Made by a program: the position numbers and the translations under genes. Under the pieces are notes generated by a model. It was not told the origin of the DNA, did not search any database, and saw nothing but the letters and a program-made list of their open reading frames with translations. A stretch of DNA of 64,000 nucleotides from the human T2T-CHM13v2.0 reference genome, Homo sapiens. Numbering within the stretch: position 1 is the stretch's first letter; each line of letters starts with the position of its first letter. The stretch is taken from NCBI RefSeq assembly GCF_009914755.1, contig NC_060933.1, one strand, 5' to 3'. Positions 29,690 to 51,567 of this stretch are shown one piece after another.

Positions 29690-30460
29690 CTTTGGCTTTG
29701 TCTATCCTGGGGACCTTGAATGAATCGTTTTGACCTTCTCCACATCAGTTTCTTTATCAGAAAATGATGAGGTTGAACAGTGATTTTAAAGATCCCTTCC
29801 AATTCTGAAAGGCTGCAAAATTGTGTGCATAGAAACTTCCTCATGCATGCAGATGCTGTCTCTCCAATCCATGCCTATATCATTTCCGATTAATAATATT
29901 GACAAAAACAATGATAGCTGACACTTATAGAGTACCTTCTGTGTGCCAGGCATAGTGCTAGGCACTTTACATGCATTATGTCATTTGACTCCTAACTAAT
30001 CTAAAGTAAACGTGATTACTTTCCCTGCTTTGCGTCAAGAAAAAAACAGAGTGGGCCGGGTGTGGTGACTTGCACCTATAATCTCAGCACTTTGGAAGGC
30101 TGAGGCAGGAGGATCACTTGAAGCTAGGAGTTCAAAACCAGCCTGGGTAGCATAGGGAGACCTCGTTTCTAGAAAAGTTTAAAAATTAGCCAAGTGTGGT
30201 AGTGCATGCCTGTAGTCCCAGATACTCAGGACACTGAGGTGGAAGACTGCTTGAGTTCAGGTCAAGGCTGCAGTGAGTTGTGATCAACCAATGCACTCCA
30301 GCCTAGGAGACAGAGTGAGACCCTGTCTCAAAAAAGAAAAAAGAAAAAGAAAAAGAAAAAAAAGAACACAACATTGGAGCAATATTCCCAAGATAATGAA
30401 GGGTACAGCCAGGACTGGAAGTTGAATCTCATTCCACGGCTTAGGATGATAACCACTGCA
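29690..30460. mobile_element. MIR fragments with an AluJ (30054-30363, +) inserted
   Basis: MIR core motifs (atagctgacacttatagagtacc..tgtgccaggcatagtgctaggcactttacatg); AluJ dimer with (GAAAAA)n tail. Confidence 0.75.
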
Positions 30461-31814
30461 CTATTCCAAGATAGTGTCATGAACCTAATAGACACATGTA
30501 GGTGTTCAAATCAGTTCTAGGTTCAAATCAGTATCAGTATTTAGTAAGTAATCAGTTATTATCAGTATTATCTTGTTGTTTCCAAAGTTCTTTCGTTACT
30601 GTTTTCTCCTAGGAGCAACAGATTCCTTTTGACTGTAATACACTGAGATCACCTCGTAAACAGATAAATTTATTAAAAATACTGCAGAAGAGGGAATTCC
30701 AAGAGAAAAATGACACTACATTTTGTTCTTAGGAGAATAATTCTTTTTTAAAAAAAACTTGACAAAATGCAATCTCCTCACATTGTGATTGCTTCTGAGG
30801 ATTTTTTTTTCTACATACAGAATTCAAAGAACTGATTTAGTGGGAATTTTAGTTCCACTTAAAAACTCTACAGTGGTAATAGCACATTCTGCAGATATTA
30901 TGCTATTGGGTAAAGAAGCACCACTGTTCCTAAGCAACAGACCAGAAGCAACAGAGATGAACTTAGCAAGAAACCAAACCTCAAGAGCTGTGAATTCCAC
31001 ATCCCACTTTGCTTCTGTGACCTTGAGCAAGTCACTTGCTCCATGTAACTTTACTCCTCGTTCTGTTAAATGGGAATAAGTTGAGGCTTATTTCGAAAAA
31101 GGAACTTCTAAAAGCTACCTCCTAGTAAAATGTATAATTAATACATTTTTAAATTTTATAATTAATATAATTATAATAGAAAGTTGTTGTCCATTAACAT
31201 AATTGTCTACTCATTAATACACATGTGTGGTCCTGGCTTTCATGCATTAATTATTAAAAATTTTTCAAGCAATCTTCCTGAGTATAAACTAAAGTGAAAT
31301 TTGTGTTCTATATTAAGATTCAAAAATATGCAAATCTCAAGGGATCCCAGGTCTGAGAGCTACATAATTTATATGAAGACACAAACACTTTGGATATAAT
31401 TATTCTGCTGCCCATAGTTATTTCAGACTAAATTAATTTAGGCAGATCCAGAAACCTTTTTAGCATCTCAGTAGGGAGGATGGCCTACAATTCCTTAAGT
31501 TTCATGTATCACTCTTGTATAACTAATTATTATCAGCATCCTTATTATCAATGATAGAATGATGAAAGCTAATTGATTAATAGAGTATTTGAGCATCAGT
31601 AAACATAGGAAAGCCCCCTCATTTTTCTTAAGTTATTATTTAATTAAGCAGTGAACATGAAATTCAACCCCACAATACATCTGCTTTTATTTTGATGGAG
31701 ATGAAAGGTGTTTATAAGCACCTTTGCGAAAAGATTCTCAATTAGACTGTTCGCCTCAAAAGATTCCATAGGATTATCTCTGAAGAACAGCTGAGAACAG
31801 AGTATGTCAGGCTA

Positions 31815-32328
<514 letters not shown>

Positions 32329-32979
32329 AGGACTTCATGTCTTGTACTGTTTTTTGTTAGTTTTGATATTTTTTGTTTTTAATTTTTTTAAACCGAATAA
32401 AACCATGTTGATTTGGAGAGCTTCCAACAAACAGCATTTTATTTGGAGATTTCCCTTAGCTAATTTTAAAGACATAACTGATGAGCACACTCTGTTTAAA
32501 TTTTTAAAAAGTAAGGAAGAAATTTCAACTATTATTAATAGAGCTCTCCCTTTATTTAACCAAATAGATTAATAATAACTACTCAAAGCAGGTGTTCTCC
32601 CTTTAGGGGAATGGCATATGTATACTGGAGGTATCAATTTGAAAAGTAAAGTCAATATTTGTCTTAGTTTACATAGCAAACCAAAACAACTCTTAGTATA
32701 ACAAACGAATTGTTCTTGGCAAATTTTTTTACGTTATTTCTGATAACAAGATCAGTAGAGACCCAGAAAATATTTACCAAGGAAGTCATACACAGAAAAA
32801 GTAACACAGTTTCCATAAGACCACAAATATTATGACTATGTGAAGCAATCCAAATATCCCACAGTTTAGATGTTGACAGAAAAAAACAACCGCACCGTCT
32901 CTACGGACTGAGGCTGCTGCCTGTTTGCCTTCATGTATAATGGTAGATTACCTGGAGAGATGCACGCTCAAACAAGATG

Positions 32980-33409
32980 TGCTCCACAGCAGACAGGTCT
33001 ATGCAAACCTACCCCCAGAAGTCCCCGGAAGCTGAGAGGCTGAAGAAAGAGGCTGACAGATCCAGTTTCTCAGAAAGAAATATGTAATAGGGCCTTACGA
33101 ACAGAAGCCATGTCTGTGCATCAGGTGGTGGTGAGACAAGATGGTAGATCCCCGCACTGTTAATCCCCAAACCTAGCGTTGTATAACACAAGGAAAGGGC
33201 GATTCAGAAGGGATGTGTAGGACAACTGAAGTACAATAACATCAAGGTTGTTTGACCTAAGAGTAGGATATCCAGTAAGTACCTGCCCTTATACAAGGAA
33301 CAGTAGGTAAAATGGAAATCTTAGAGGTCTTCCTAGAACTGGAGTTAATGTTAATTAGAAGTCAACATGGAAGATTAGCATCCAAGATGGAGTTGCTTCA
33401 GCCTCCACA
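32980..33409 (-). mobile_element. Solo LTR (LTR47-like)
   Basis: Minus strand starts tgtggaggctgaagcaactccatcttggatgctaatc and ends gtaggtttgcatagacctg..gca. Confidence 0.75.
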
Positions 33410-33775
33410 GGGTGGAATTAGGCATTTCTTGATAGCGGCATCTATGTCACAGAAAGGAGAACCTGAGTTAACCCACCAGAAACCTCCCCCTCCATTTCAC
33501 AATCCCAAGGACAGACTATGTCATACAGTGACTGTTCAGGTAACAGCATTTGACAGTGAAAACTCTTGAAAAGGCTCACTTATCAAAAACTGTTTCTTTT
33601 TTCCTAACATAAATGTTTTACTCCCATATTTGCTACTTAGCAAATAGACTGCTGAACCTTACAGTTCAGGCAAAGATATACTCATGAGTTTACTCAGAGA
33701 CACACAAGTGGGATGGTTTAGGATTGTGTTCCATGTTTGGATGACCCCAAGTTGTCTTGCTTTGCCTAGATATGC

Positions 33776-33990
33776 TGTTACAAACTAAATGTTTGTGTAT
33801 CCCCAAATTCATATGTTGAAATCCTAACCCTCACGGTGATGGTATTAGGAGGTAGGGCCTTTGGAAGGTGATTAGGTCATGAGGTGGAGTCTCATGAATA
33901 GGATCAGTGCCCATTTAAGAGGAAACATGATAGCCTGCTCTTTCTTTCTCTCCTCTCTGCCACATGAGGATACAAGGAGAAGATAATTGT
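33776..33990 (+). mobile_element. MLT1A-like LTR, 3'-truncated
   Basis: tgtttgtgtatccccaaattcatatgttgaaatcctaacc...ggtgattaggtcatgagg. Confidence 0.75.
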
Positions 33991-35401
33991 GGCCCCCACA
34001 AAAAGGTTGAAAATTTGGCTAAAAAATACATACATACATATATATATATATAATTCTATTAAAGTTTTTAATAGAAAATTTTTTCTTCTTTAACGGATTT
34101 TTACTTATAGCTGCATTTATAGGAATAACTGATAGTTGCTAAGCAAGGGATAGGTGTTACATGGTTTGAATCTGATCTATACACATGTATTCTTGTACCT
34201 TGTCAGTGGAATCTTTTCTCTCAAATGAATCTGATACCTTCACTGGGCCCTAAAAATGCCTCTGTTTTTCAGGTCTCTTTCCTTTCAGTGGACTATTTTT
34301 GCTCCCTGGAATTCTCTCTTTTCAAATCTACCCTGTCTAAATCATGCACATGCTTTACTACCCTACCTGAAAGCCACAAATGGCCACTGTTTTTCTCTGG
34401 AATCTTGATTATCTTACTGGCTACTTATCTTATTGTTTTCCCACATAAGCACACCATATTGAACATTTCCCCAACCTGGTGCATAGTCCCAAGCCTTGCT
34501 CCCCAGTTAGACTGCAAATTACATTGTGTTCTTTCCCCGCCACTGGCAACCCTCAAGCCATCTAACAGAGAGCTAAACAAAATTGTAGGTTCTCAATAAA
34601 TATTTATTGAATTGGAGTTTAGGAAATTAATTATTGTTTTCTAGCCCATCCTATAATAGGAGCCAAGCCTATGCACACCCAAGTCATTTTAACGAAGTGC
34701 TCTGTTGTATTTCTTCCTTTCAAGATGGTCTGAAACATGCAAACACATATTGCCCTATAGACACTGCTGGGAATAGCAACACAGATTTTTGTTCAACACT
34801 TAGCGTTTGAGACAGCCCTGAGTGTGAAATTTGGCTCTACTACTTATTACCAGTGGGACACTGAGCTTGTTTCTTAATCTTTCTAACCCTTGGATCCCTT
34901 AACTAACAACAACAAAAAAAGTGATATTTACTTTCTTAGTTATTGTAGACTTAAATAAATGTTATTTCTTCGTTTATCTCTTAGATAATTTTAAACATAC
35001 CTATTTTAAAGTCATTTTCAGATTGCTCCATTATTTTCATTTTCTTGGGAGTTAATTCCTCACCCAGTGCTAAAACCTGTCTTTTTTAGTATTAGCTTTT
35101 TTCATCTGCTTTGGGCTTGGAGTTTGTGGGCTCATCATCCTCAGGAGTTTCTACTGTAAATACAATATAGTATGCTCTCTTTCTCACCAGTAGTTCTGCT
35201 GTTTCCTCCACAGGGCACCCCTGTGCCTGCAATAAGAATCAGATCTTACAGGAGAATCTCTGGGCTCTTGCATTAAGATAGCATTGAGGATATCGTGGAT
35301 GCATAGATTGAGCCACCCACAAGTTACTGGATGCCTTTCTAGAGGGAAGCTATTTGCTGCATTCTGCCCTAAGGTACATAATGTTATAAACCCTGCCCCT
35401 C

Positions 35402-38199
<2,798 letters not shown>

Positions 38200-38758
38200 C
38201 CTTCCAAGTAGGACCAGCACTTCCTGCAGCCTCTGTTTGCAGGCCAGGGATTTTGTGGTATTCTCCAGCATTAGGCAGTGTGTCTGATGCCATCTCCCAC
38301 CTTTCATGGGGTATTTTGACCTTAATTATTCCGCAGAAACTTAACTGTTCTTTCAGTCCCAGAGATCAGCTGGCTTGTAGTTTGAAGCCTGCTCCATGCT
38401 TTGTGTTTCTGCCCTACTTTCTGGCCTAAAGAGAGATCTTTGTCTTGTTTAGAAGACATGCCTTTATCATTCATTTATGTATTTAATATTTTGTTATTTT
38501 TTTTGTCAATTACTAATACACGTTTCCAGCTAGAGCTAGAAAGGGAGCAGGCTTGTGAGTGTTTGAAATCACAATGCAATCTTGGCCTGCAAGAAGTATC
38601 AAGGAAGGCTTGCTCAGGGGGCTTGTGAACCAGGCCTTGGAGCCCGGACTCAAGAGATTCAGGAGGGCTGGAGGGCAACACACAGGACAGGCTGAGCTTC
38701 AGTTTGGAGGAAGCAGATATCAGTGAGAGCAAAGGGATTGATTTTAGTTGGCACACTC

Positions 38759-38762
38759 TGTG

Positions 38763-38794
<32 letters not shown>
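38759..38794. repeat. (TG)n microsatellite
   Basis: About 18 dinucleotide units with one CG interruption. Confidence 0.95.
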
Positions 38795-38795
<1 letters not shown>

Positions 38796-39030
38796 ATAGG
38801 GGAGTCATGAGAGTTTGGGCTAAAAAGGGAGGCCAGCAAAAATCAAAGCCCATTGAGATTAAATGTCTCACCCAAGGTCATTTAGCTCTGTTCCCCTCTA
38901 GGCACCTCACTTTGGGCAAAACCATGGCAAAGCCATATTAGGGCACTGACAGCCATACAAAGAGGAAGGAGGAGAAGCAGAAGAGGTGAAGGGCAAGGAG
39001 TAGAACAAAAAGCATATAAAGAGGAAGATG

Positions 39031-39338
39031 AGCCAGGCGCGGTGGCTCACACCTGTAATCCCAGCACTTTGGGAGGCCAAGGTGGGCAGATCACGAGGTC
39101 AGGAGATGGAGACCATCCTGGCTAACATGGTGAAACCCAATCTCTACTAAAAATACAAAAAATTAGCCGGTCGTGGTGGCAGGCGCCTGTAGTCCCAGCT
39201 ACTCGGGAGGCTGGGGCAGGAGAATGGCGTGAACCCAGGAGGCGGAGCTTGTGGTGAGCCGAGATCACACCACTGCACTCTAGCCTGGGAGACAGAGCAA
39301 GACTCCGTCTCAAAAAAAAAAAAAAAAAAAAAAAAAAA
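39031..39338 (+). mobile_element. AluY
   Basis: Y diagnostics, long poly-A. Confidence 0.95.
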
Positions 39339-40326
39339 AGAAGGAGATGAAAGGGAGGAGGAAGAGGAAGAACATGGCAAGGAGGATGAGACAGTATGAT
39401 ATCCTTCTCCATAGGAAGTTTACCTTTAAGTTGCAAATGGACAACATTTATAAATAGCACATACACAGATCTGATTCTCATGATCTTTAACAAATTAACA
39501 TATGATAATAAGTAAAATAGAATAAACCATGCATGTGTAGTATGGAGATGAGAAGTAAAGAAGGACCACCAGACATCACTGGAGATCATCTACTAACAAC
39601 TCCTTATTTCATAAGTGAGGAAACTCAGACTCAGAAAGAATAAGTGACTTGCCTGTGGTCACATAAATGCAGATCCAAGACTAGCTCCCCAGACTTCTAA
39701 CATTTTTACAGTTTTCTTCTAATTTCATCCTCAGGAAGAAGTGGGGTTAATTGAAAAATACTCCCTGAGTAGATAACGTTTTGAGCCAAGCAAAAGGAAG
39801 TGGCATTTATAATTTGGGTTCTTGCAAATGCAAATTCTGTAGAATACTATGTTGGTGGGTCTAACGATTTGTAAAATGTAATTAAAATGTCTTTTCAACA
39901 AATACAATTCATTCTGTTATGAATAGTCTACATTCTGGAAAATGACAACACAGAAGAAATGAGAGTCTCCATGAAATAAAAATGGGGCGTTCCATTTTTG
40001 TGGGGGCAGACACCACTGGTCACAGGGAACGATGGTCATGAGTGATGTTGGACCAGTAAGGCTGTCAACTCATAACTGGCTTCTTAGATCATTGGACTCA
40101 GACATTCCTAATTTCGTTGTTAACCTCCGGGACTAATCCCCTGAAGAAGCAAATTAACTTCGAAACTGGATTATGTTCTTCCCTCAAACACAACCTTAAT
40201 GGATAGATTTGACATCTCTTTCTTTCTTATCAAAGATGACATTCTCTACAAAGAGAATTTAGTAGTATGTTAATTAATGTTAATTGAGTAGTATTGAATT
40301 TTGACGTTTTATTAAACTTTGTTTTC

Positions 40327-40630
40327 TTTTTTTTTTTTTTTTTTTTTGAGACAGAGTCTCGCTCTGTCACCCAGGCTGGAGTGCAGTGGCGCGATCTCGT
40401 CTCACCACAAGCTCCGGCTCTCGGGTTCATGCCATTCTGCCTCAGCCTCCTGAGTAGCTGGGACTGCAGGTGCCCACCACCATACCTGGCTAATTTTTTT
40501 TTTGTATTTTTAGTAGAGACGGGGTTTCACCATGTTAGCCAGGATGGTCTCTATCTCCTGACCTCGTGATCCTCCCACCTCAGCCTCCCAAAGTGCTGGG
40601 ATTACAGGCATGAGCCACCACACCCGGCCA
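40327..40630 (-). mobile_element. AluY
   Basis: Y diagnostics, poly-T. Confidence 0.93.
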
Positions 40631-40707
40631 ACTTTGGTTTGTTTTCTGAAGCTAAAGTCTACTCTCAACATCAACTTTAGGAGACACTAATATAATAAAG
40701 GAATTTA

Positions 40708-41073
<366 letters not shown>

Positions 41074-41422
41074 TCACTGGAAGACTGTGATTTTATCATT
41101 TACGTTTTTTTTGGTGAGAAACAGGTTTAAGTATTTTAAGCTAGTAATTCTCTTTCTAGGAAACAATCCTAAAGAAATAACCAGAAACTCAGATTAATAT
41201 ACAAATAAGCTCTTAATCATCTATCATAATGAAAAATTAAAATTGGTTTAAATGTTAAACAATAGTAGATTCTTTGAATAAATTAATACATATACAAACA
41301 CTGCAATGTTGTACTATCGAATTCATTGCTTGAGTAGTATTTAAGGATATGGGAAAATATCTTCTATGGAATGAAAGACTCCATGAGAATAGAGACCATG
41401 TCTGGGTTTGCCCGATGTTGTA

Positions 41423-42241
<819 letters not shown>

Positions 42242-42283
42242 TATACTCAATTTCTAGCACAGTGGTTCAAAGAGCTAAGGCAA

Positions 42284-42622
<339 letters not shown>

Positions 42623-43256
42623 TCAAAGTTATGCACATATTTTAAATTACACTATTTCTTCTCAAATAAAAGACTCCAAAGAGATACTTCACTATTATTA
42701 CAAACAAAGCATTTCCGCTTTGTGGCTTTATACCATGTAAACATAATTAAAATGTATTTGCTTTTGAAACAGAAACACGTTTCTTGGGTGCTAATGCAGA
42801 TTTTTGATGCATATGATAAACAAGCTGAAAGTAAAACAAAAGATAGTCAGGTTTTTTTCTAATCAATTTTTCTCTCCTAATTCTATTATATTGAAACTTA
42901 TTTTTCAAAATCTGTTCCTTGTTGCCATAGTGATCAGCTCCCGATGTGAAATTATATCACACTGGCTCTCTTTCAAGTTTCAATAATGTGCCGTCACCAC
43001 CCACTTCTCTTTTAAAATGTTTAAATCCTCTAATCAGTGAGCATCTTAATAGCCTCACTTTTGGGGAACTGAAGTAGGAGCTGGGAGCTGAGGAAAAGGT
43101 ATTGTATGGAAAGTGGGAGTGAAATGAAAGAAATAGAAAAATGTGAACTTTGAAAATAAATTAATTTATCATAGAAAATAAGATTCGACCTTCCACATAT
43201 AGCAATTTCCTCTTTCCAACATACCTCAAATGTTAATTTTATAAATGATATGCTAG

Positions 43257-43575
<319 letters not shown>

Positions 43576-43960
43576 ATATATAAATGATATGCTAATGGGT
43601 GAATTGAACTTTAACTGAAAATGAGAGTAATTTGAGAATGAAGGTATATGGTCTGTATTAAAACTCATAAGAATACCCTTAATATAGAAGTAATCTTTAC
43701 AAAGCAATGAGGAAAAAAATATTCACACTTCAATAAAACAATGGGAAATAGGTATAGATAGCCAGTTTACAAATGAAAAAAGTAAAATACTCAATAGACA
43801 CATAAAAGAATGTTCAATTTTGCTAGTAGTCCAAGAAATAAAAATAAAACAAGATGCCATCTTTTGCTTGATGATTTATAAAAATCTCAAAGGATGATAA
43901 TGCCAATATAGCTAGAGTTTAGAAAAATAAGCATTGAATAAACAATGATATTTACACTAG

Positions 43961-44264
<304 letters not shown>

Positions 44265-44281
44265 TCTTAGCTTTGTTTTCA

Positions 44282-44310
<29 letters not shown>

Positions 44311-44312
<2 letters not shown>

Positions 44313-44604
44313 CCAGGCTTGGTGGCTCATGCCTGTAATCCCAGCACTTTGAGAGGCTGAGGCAGGCGGATCATGAGGTCTGGAGTTCGAGACCAACCTG
44401 GCCAACATGGTGAAACCCCATCTCTACTAAAAATACAAAAAATGAGCCAGGCATGGTGGCACACACCTGTAGTCCCAGCTACTCAGGAGGCTGAGGCAGG
44501 AGTATCGCTTGAACCTGGAGGCGGAGGTTACGGTGAGCCCAGATCACACTACTGCACTTCAGCTTGGCAACAGAGCGAGACTCCGTCTCAAAAAAAAAAA
44601 AAAA
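44311..44604 (+). mobile_element. AluS
   Basis: Full dimer, 46 bp from the opposite-strand Alu. Confidence 0.95.
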
Positions 44605-45240
44605 ATGGAACCAACCTCAATGTCCACCAATAGGGAAGAGTTATAGAAATTATAATTTAACTACATGATGGAATGTTCTCAAACCATTGAACATGAAAAT
44701 GATGACTTCATCTGTATTTCTTGACATTAAACGATCTCATATTGACATGGAAAGATATCCATATAACATGTGGCAAACAAGAAAAAAAAGCAGATGGAGA
44801 CTAGGAAGACTTCTGAAAATACCCTAGGATAAATGAATGTGTGTGGATCTCCACAGAAACACGTTTAGATGCTGCCACACCAAAATATGAACTGTGGTTA
44901 CTGCTGAAAGATATACTTATGAGTGATTTTTATTTTATAAATGCTGTGTTATGTGAATATTTATATTCAGCAGGTTGAAATCAGGTTAGCAAGAGAAATA
45001 TTTCCATTTCCATTACACACAGGATAATTTTCTTACAAAAAAATTTAAGACATAAGTTCCCAGACATGTAAAGCTATGAAGACTGAAGCAGACCTTGAAA
45101 ATCTTAGTCCTAAAAGGAAGTGGTGGTGATTGGGTTGGGGAAAGTTTGTGGAAATCCCTGGTACGAATCTGTTACTGAACACGTAGTTATTGACTACGAA
45201 CCTGGACTTAACCCTCTCATTTTACAAGAAAGGAAGGCCA

Positions 45241-45554
<314 letters not shown>

Positions 45555-46525
45555 TCAAGGGTGAAGGTGCTTGCTCTAGGTCACAGGAGTGAAGGGAGGA
45601 ACTGGCATTTCCTGACTCCGAGTCTCTGGTTTTCTCACCCAAACATGCCACCCCCATTGTGCAAACTGGCTTTTCCCTCCAGCAATTTCGAGTGGCTGTC
45701 TATTTTGTATAGCGAAAGGAGGTTTTTGTAGTGGATGACAAATCTTGAGCTAAAAAAGAAACATAGTATGACTCAAACAGTGAGCTGAGTTTACATAGAA
45801 ATTATAGGCCTGTGCTGCTGTTTGGTAAGATTTTGGAACTAATTACTAGGTATTCCCAAAACAACACTTCTCTGGGCATCACGTGCATTTCTGAAAATTT
45901 CCTGAGGGTGATTGCTGGCCAAGAGCATTTCCTGCATGAAAATCCGAACAGTTTCTTTTTTATTGTTACACTCTGATGCAAGATTTCTAAGAATCTTTCT
46001 GTGAATCAAAGACTTCACTAGAAATAATGCTGTGTGGAGTCCCTTTACTACCTAGGGACCTATTCAGCTAAACAAGCATTTCTGTTGCAATGTAAATCAA
46101 CTTTCTGGAATCAAAGAGATTCCAGTTTAAATTTGTCTATAACACACATGAGTGTGAGTAGAGTGGTTGAATGGGGAAAGCCCAGTCTTGAACTGACATG
46201 TCTTAGAACACTGAAAAATGTCACAAGTTATGTCTGTGTTTCTGCTGGTGTCTCCTGTGAACTCTCACATCTGGCCTCAGCCACATTCTCCAAGGGGGTG
46301 CACCCCACACTCTTCCTTTCCGTTTGGTGTTTTCTTTGCTTTCTGATGATACTTGGGGACCTTGTCCTTGCTGCCGGTGCCCATCAGAGGAAGGTCAAAG
46401 TCCATTCCCAAGACTCTCTTGGATGCTCCCAATGGTGTCAAGCCTCAATGATAGCTGGTGATGCATTCTCTGGAGACTGGGGAGAAAGCTTGGCTGATAC
46501 TGGGCCACAATTTGTCACCTGAAGC

Positions 46526-47281
<756 letters not shown>

Positions 47282-48130
47282 GTCTGCACCAATGTCTCCA
47301 CCAGAGCCAGGAAGGTGGAGACCCAGCACCAAAACACCCTCCCAATTCTCTCTTTCCTCCAGGCCAAGATAACCATCCTTATCTTTTATTTAACAATACA
47401 CAGGCCTGATGCAAATCAGCTCATGCAAATCACACCTTCAAGACCTGCCCCCAGCTCACTGGACGGGTCTAGACCAGTGCGAATGAGCTCAAATAAGGAT
47501 CTTGGCTACATGCATTTCCCTTGTCATTTTATACTCCAAAGCAAAAACCTGTTTTGGAAGAATGAAACCAGTTTGCATGGTGCTAAAAAAAGTTTAACAC
47601 CTGGCTGCCCTAAAAATTTTCAGGTCAAGTTCACCGTGAAGGGAATGCAAAATGCAACACATAAACATAGCTCTGAAAACCAACGAAGACACAAAAACCA
47701 AACAATGAAAATATTGTCCCTTCCTCTGGTTTAAATATGTCATTTCCATAAGACCAGATCAAGTCGCTGTTGGACAACTTTTTAAAAGATAGCAACAGTT
47801 TAAGCTTAATTTCATTTTAATTTTTCAAAGTGAACTTTAAAAAACACCTTATGTGACTTCCATGAATACACTGAAACACCGTGTTACAGAGCAGCTAAAA
47901 TAGGAGACCTGGCTCCATTTCGATAATAAATGGTTGGGCTCACTAATGCGCTCAGATCGATGTCAAGCATGGGGGATTATCTACATAAACACACAAACTT
48001 TAGCACCTCTAAATTTGACTACTCAGACATAAATGTGACTGGTCTAAGAGAAGATCAATGTTTATAGCCTTAAAGTCACTCAATATTTAATTTAAATGCA
48101 AGCTGGTTTATGCCTGAAGCCAATGCCTGA

Positions 48131-48433
<303 letters not shown>

Positions 48434-48775
48434 GGGATTTTTTTTTTCTTTTCTATTCCTAACAGCCCAAACCCAGCAAAAAGCATCATGCATTTGCACT
48501 CAGGTGCTGAGTAGGTTTCAGGACCTCAACAGGCCCACCTGACCTGGTCCAGGAATGACAGTAGTCAGGCCCCCCTGCCGTACATTTGGCCTAGTCTTCA
48601 AAAGCCTGCTCACTGGCCACACCAATTTCCTAAGGGTTTTTCTAAACAAAAATTTCAGATAAACCTAGATCCAACTTCTATATTGTTTCTTTAATTGGCT
48701 TTTGTTTTACGATCTTTATTTCAAATGTAATGCACTCTTGGGAAAGAAAAGTCAGAAAACAGAGATGAGCAGAAA

Positions 48776-49706
<931 letters not shown>

Positions 49707-49733
49707 GAATGAATGTAAAGAATATTCATAATA

Positions 49734-50037
<304 letters not shown>

Positions 50038-50171
50038 TCATCATCACTTCTTGTGGGATGGAAAATGTGTCCATTCCTTCAAGAGTCTTCCTTCTGGCAC
50101 CCCCTACATATAATGATATTTTACAAAACTAAACAGGATGTGTTGTTTTATTACCTGCCATAATTTAAGCC

Positions 50172-50975
50172 AGTTGTTCTCAAATTGGGCTGTGTCTTAT
50201 AACCACCTGGGGAGATCTTAAATATCTTGATAGATGGGCCTCACTTCTTACCACTTAAATAGTAATTTTGAGAATGAGACCCAAGCATTCGTATTTTTTA
50301 GGTATATCCAAGATGCAAACAAGATGGCAAAGAGTGCCTTACATAAACAACCAACAGAGGGGAGATTAGATTAGGGAGTGAAGTAGAGCAGCAGTTGTCA
50401 GACGTTGGTGTGTATCCTGATCACCTGGAGAACTTGGTGAAATATGAAGGCCCAGGCCCTGTATTTCCATGACTCTTGGACTCCATGTTTCTTATTGGCT
50501 CTGCAGGCCATTTGCATGCTCACCAAGTTGGAGAACCAACAGTTTAGGTGACCGATCGCCGACTGTTTGATCACCTCTTAAAGAACCTGATGCCCCCATC
50601 CTCACTAGAGTAAACTTTAAGAACTAGGCTGTTCTATCCAGTAGCCTCTCATCACATGTGACTATTAAGCACTTGAACCATGGCTAGTTCAAAGAGAGCA
50701 CAGCTGCAAATGGAGAATGAGCCCAGGATTTCAAAGGCCTAGCACACATTGAAATGGCAGTCTGTTGGACATACTGAGTTTCTTCTTTTTCTTTAAATCA
50801 CATATGTAGCTCACATTGTATTCCTACAGGACAGGCTGCTCTGGAGGCGGGGCCTATGTCTGTTCTCCGCTGTCTTTCCAGCAGCTGGCTCAGTGATTTT
50901 GCATCAAGTAGGCACTCAATCAATATATATTTGTTTCTTTTGGGGAAAGAAAATGAGTCAATGAATAAATGAATG
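50172..50975. mobile_element. Cluster of old hAT (MER5/MER3-like) and L2 3' end fragments
   Basis: cagttgttctcaaatt..accacctgggga; catgtgactattaagcacttga; gtaggcactcaatcaat..tgaataaatgaatgaa. Confidence 0.55.
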
Positions 50976-51049
50976 AACACAGACATATGACAACCCAGTC
51001 ACGCAAAGTATTATTCTACAGACAAAGCAGAAACTTGGAAAATAGACAC

Positions 51050-51567
51050 TATTTTGGTTTGGGTTCCCCTAGAGGCCTTTCCTGAGACTGGGGTTCAAGT
51101 GCAAGTGGTCTATTTGGAAGGAGATCCCCAAGAATATTGGTAGAGGAGTAAAGAAGTGAAGCTGGGAAGGCAAGGAGGGCAGTAAAGGGTATGTTAGGAA
51201 ACAGTTGCCATTGTGGGCAGTTGGGGCTTAGTCCTGCTGGGAACTTTAGGAAATAATATGAAATATGTGCCTGGAAGCTCTGTCCCCCACCCATGGTGAA
51301 GGAGCTAGGTTGTTTATACACCATTTCCCATTAGTCCTTCATTGAAAGCTGCTGGGAGGGGCACACTGCTGGGAGCTAGGTTGTTTATACACCATTTCCC
51401 ATTAGTCCTTCGTTGAAAGCTGCTGGGAGGGGCACATGCATTCATTCCCAGGCACTTCTGTCCTACCATGTGCTGTGAGCTCCAGCAGACAGAGAAAGCC
51501 TTCAGGCAAAGAGACAGCAGTGCTAGCAGGTGCACGTGCTAAAATGGTACAGCTGAGGGGACAGGAG
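51050..51567. mobile_element. ERVL LTR (LTR33/LTR16-group) containing a 71-bp tandem duplication
   Basis: ttggtttgggttcccctagag...ctgagactggggttcaagtgcaagtggtctatttggaaggagatccc. Confidence 0.65.
51301..51436. repeat. Direct tandem duplication: two 65-bp copies, period 71 bp
   Basis: ggagctaggttgtttatac...gggaggggcaca at 51301-51365 and 51372-51436, one mismatch. Confidence 0.97.

Noticed and set aside
30505-30545. Short repeats gttcaaatcagt and atcagtat
   Set aside because: Small slippage duplications with no wider periodicity
51301-51436. Repeat-spacer-repeat pattern superficially like a CRISPR array
   Set aside because: Only two copies with a 6-nt spacer, in human DNA with no cas genes; it is a tandem duplication
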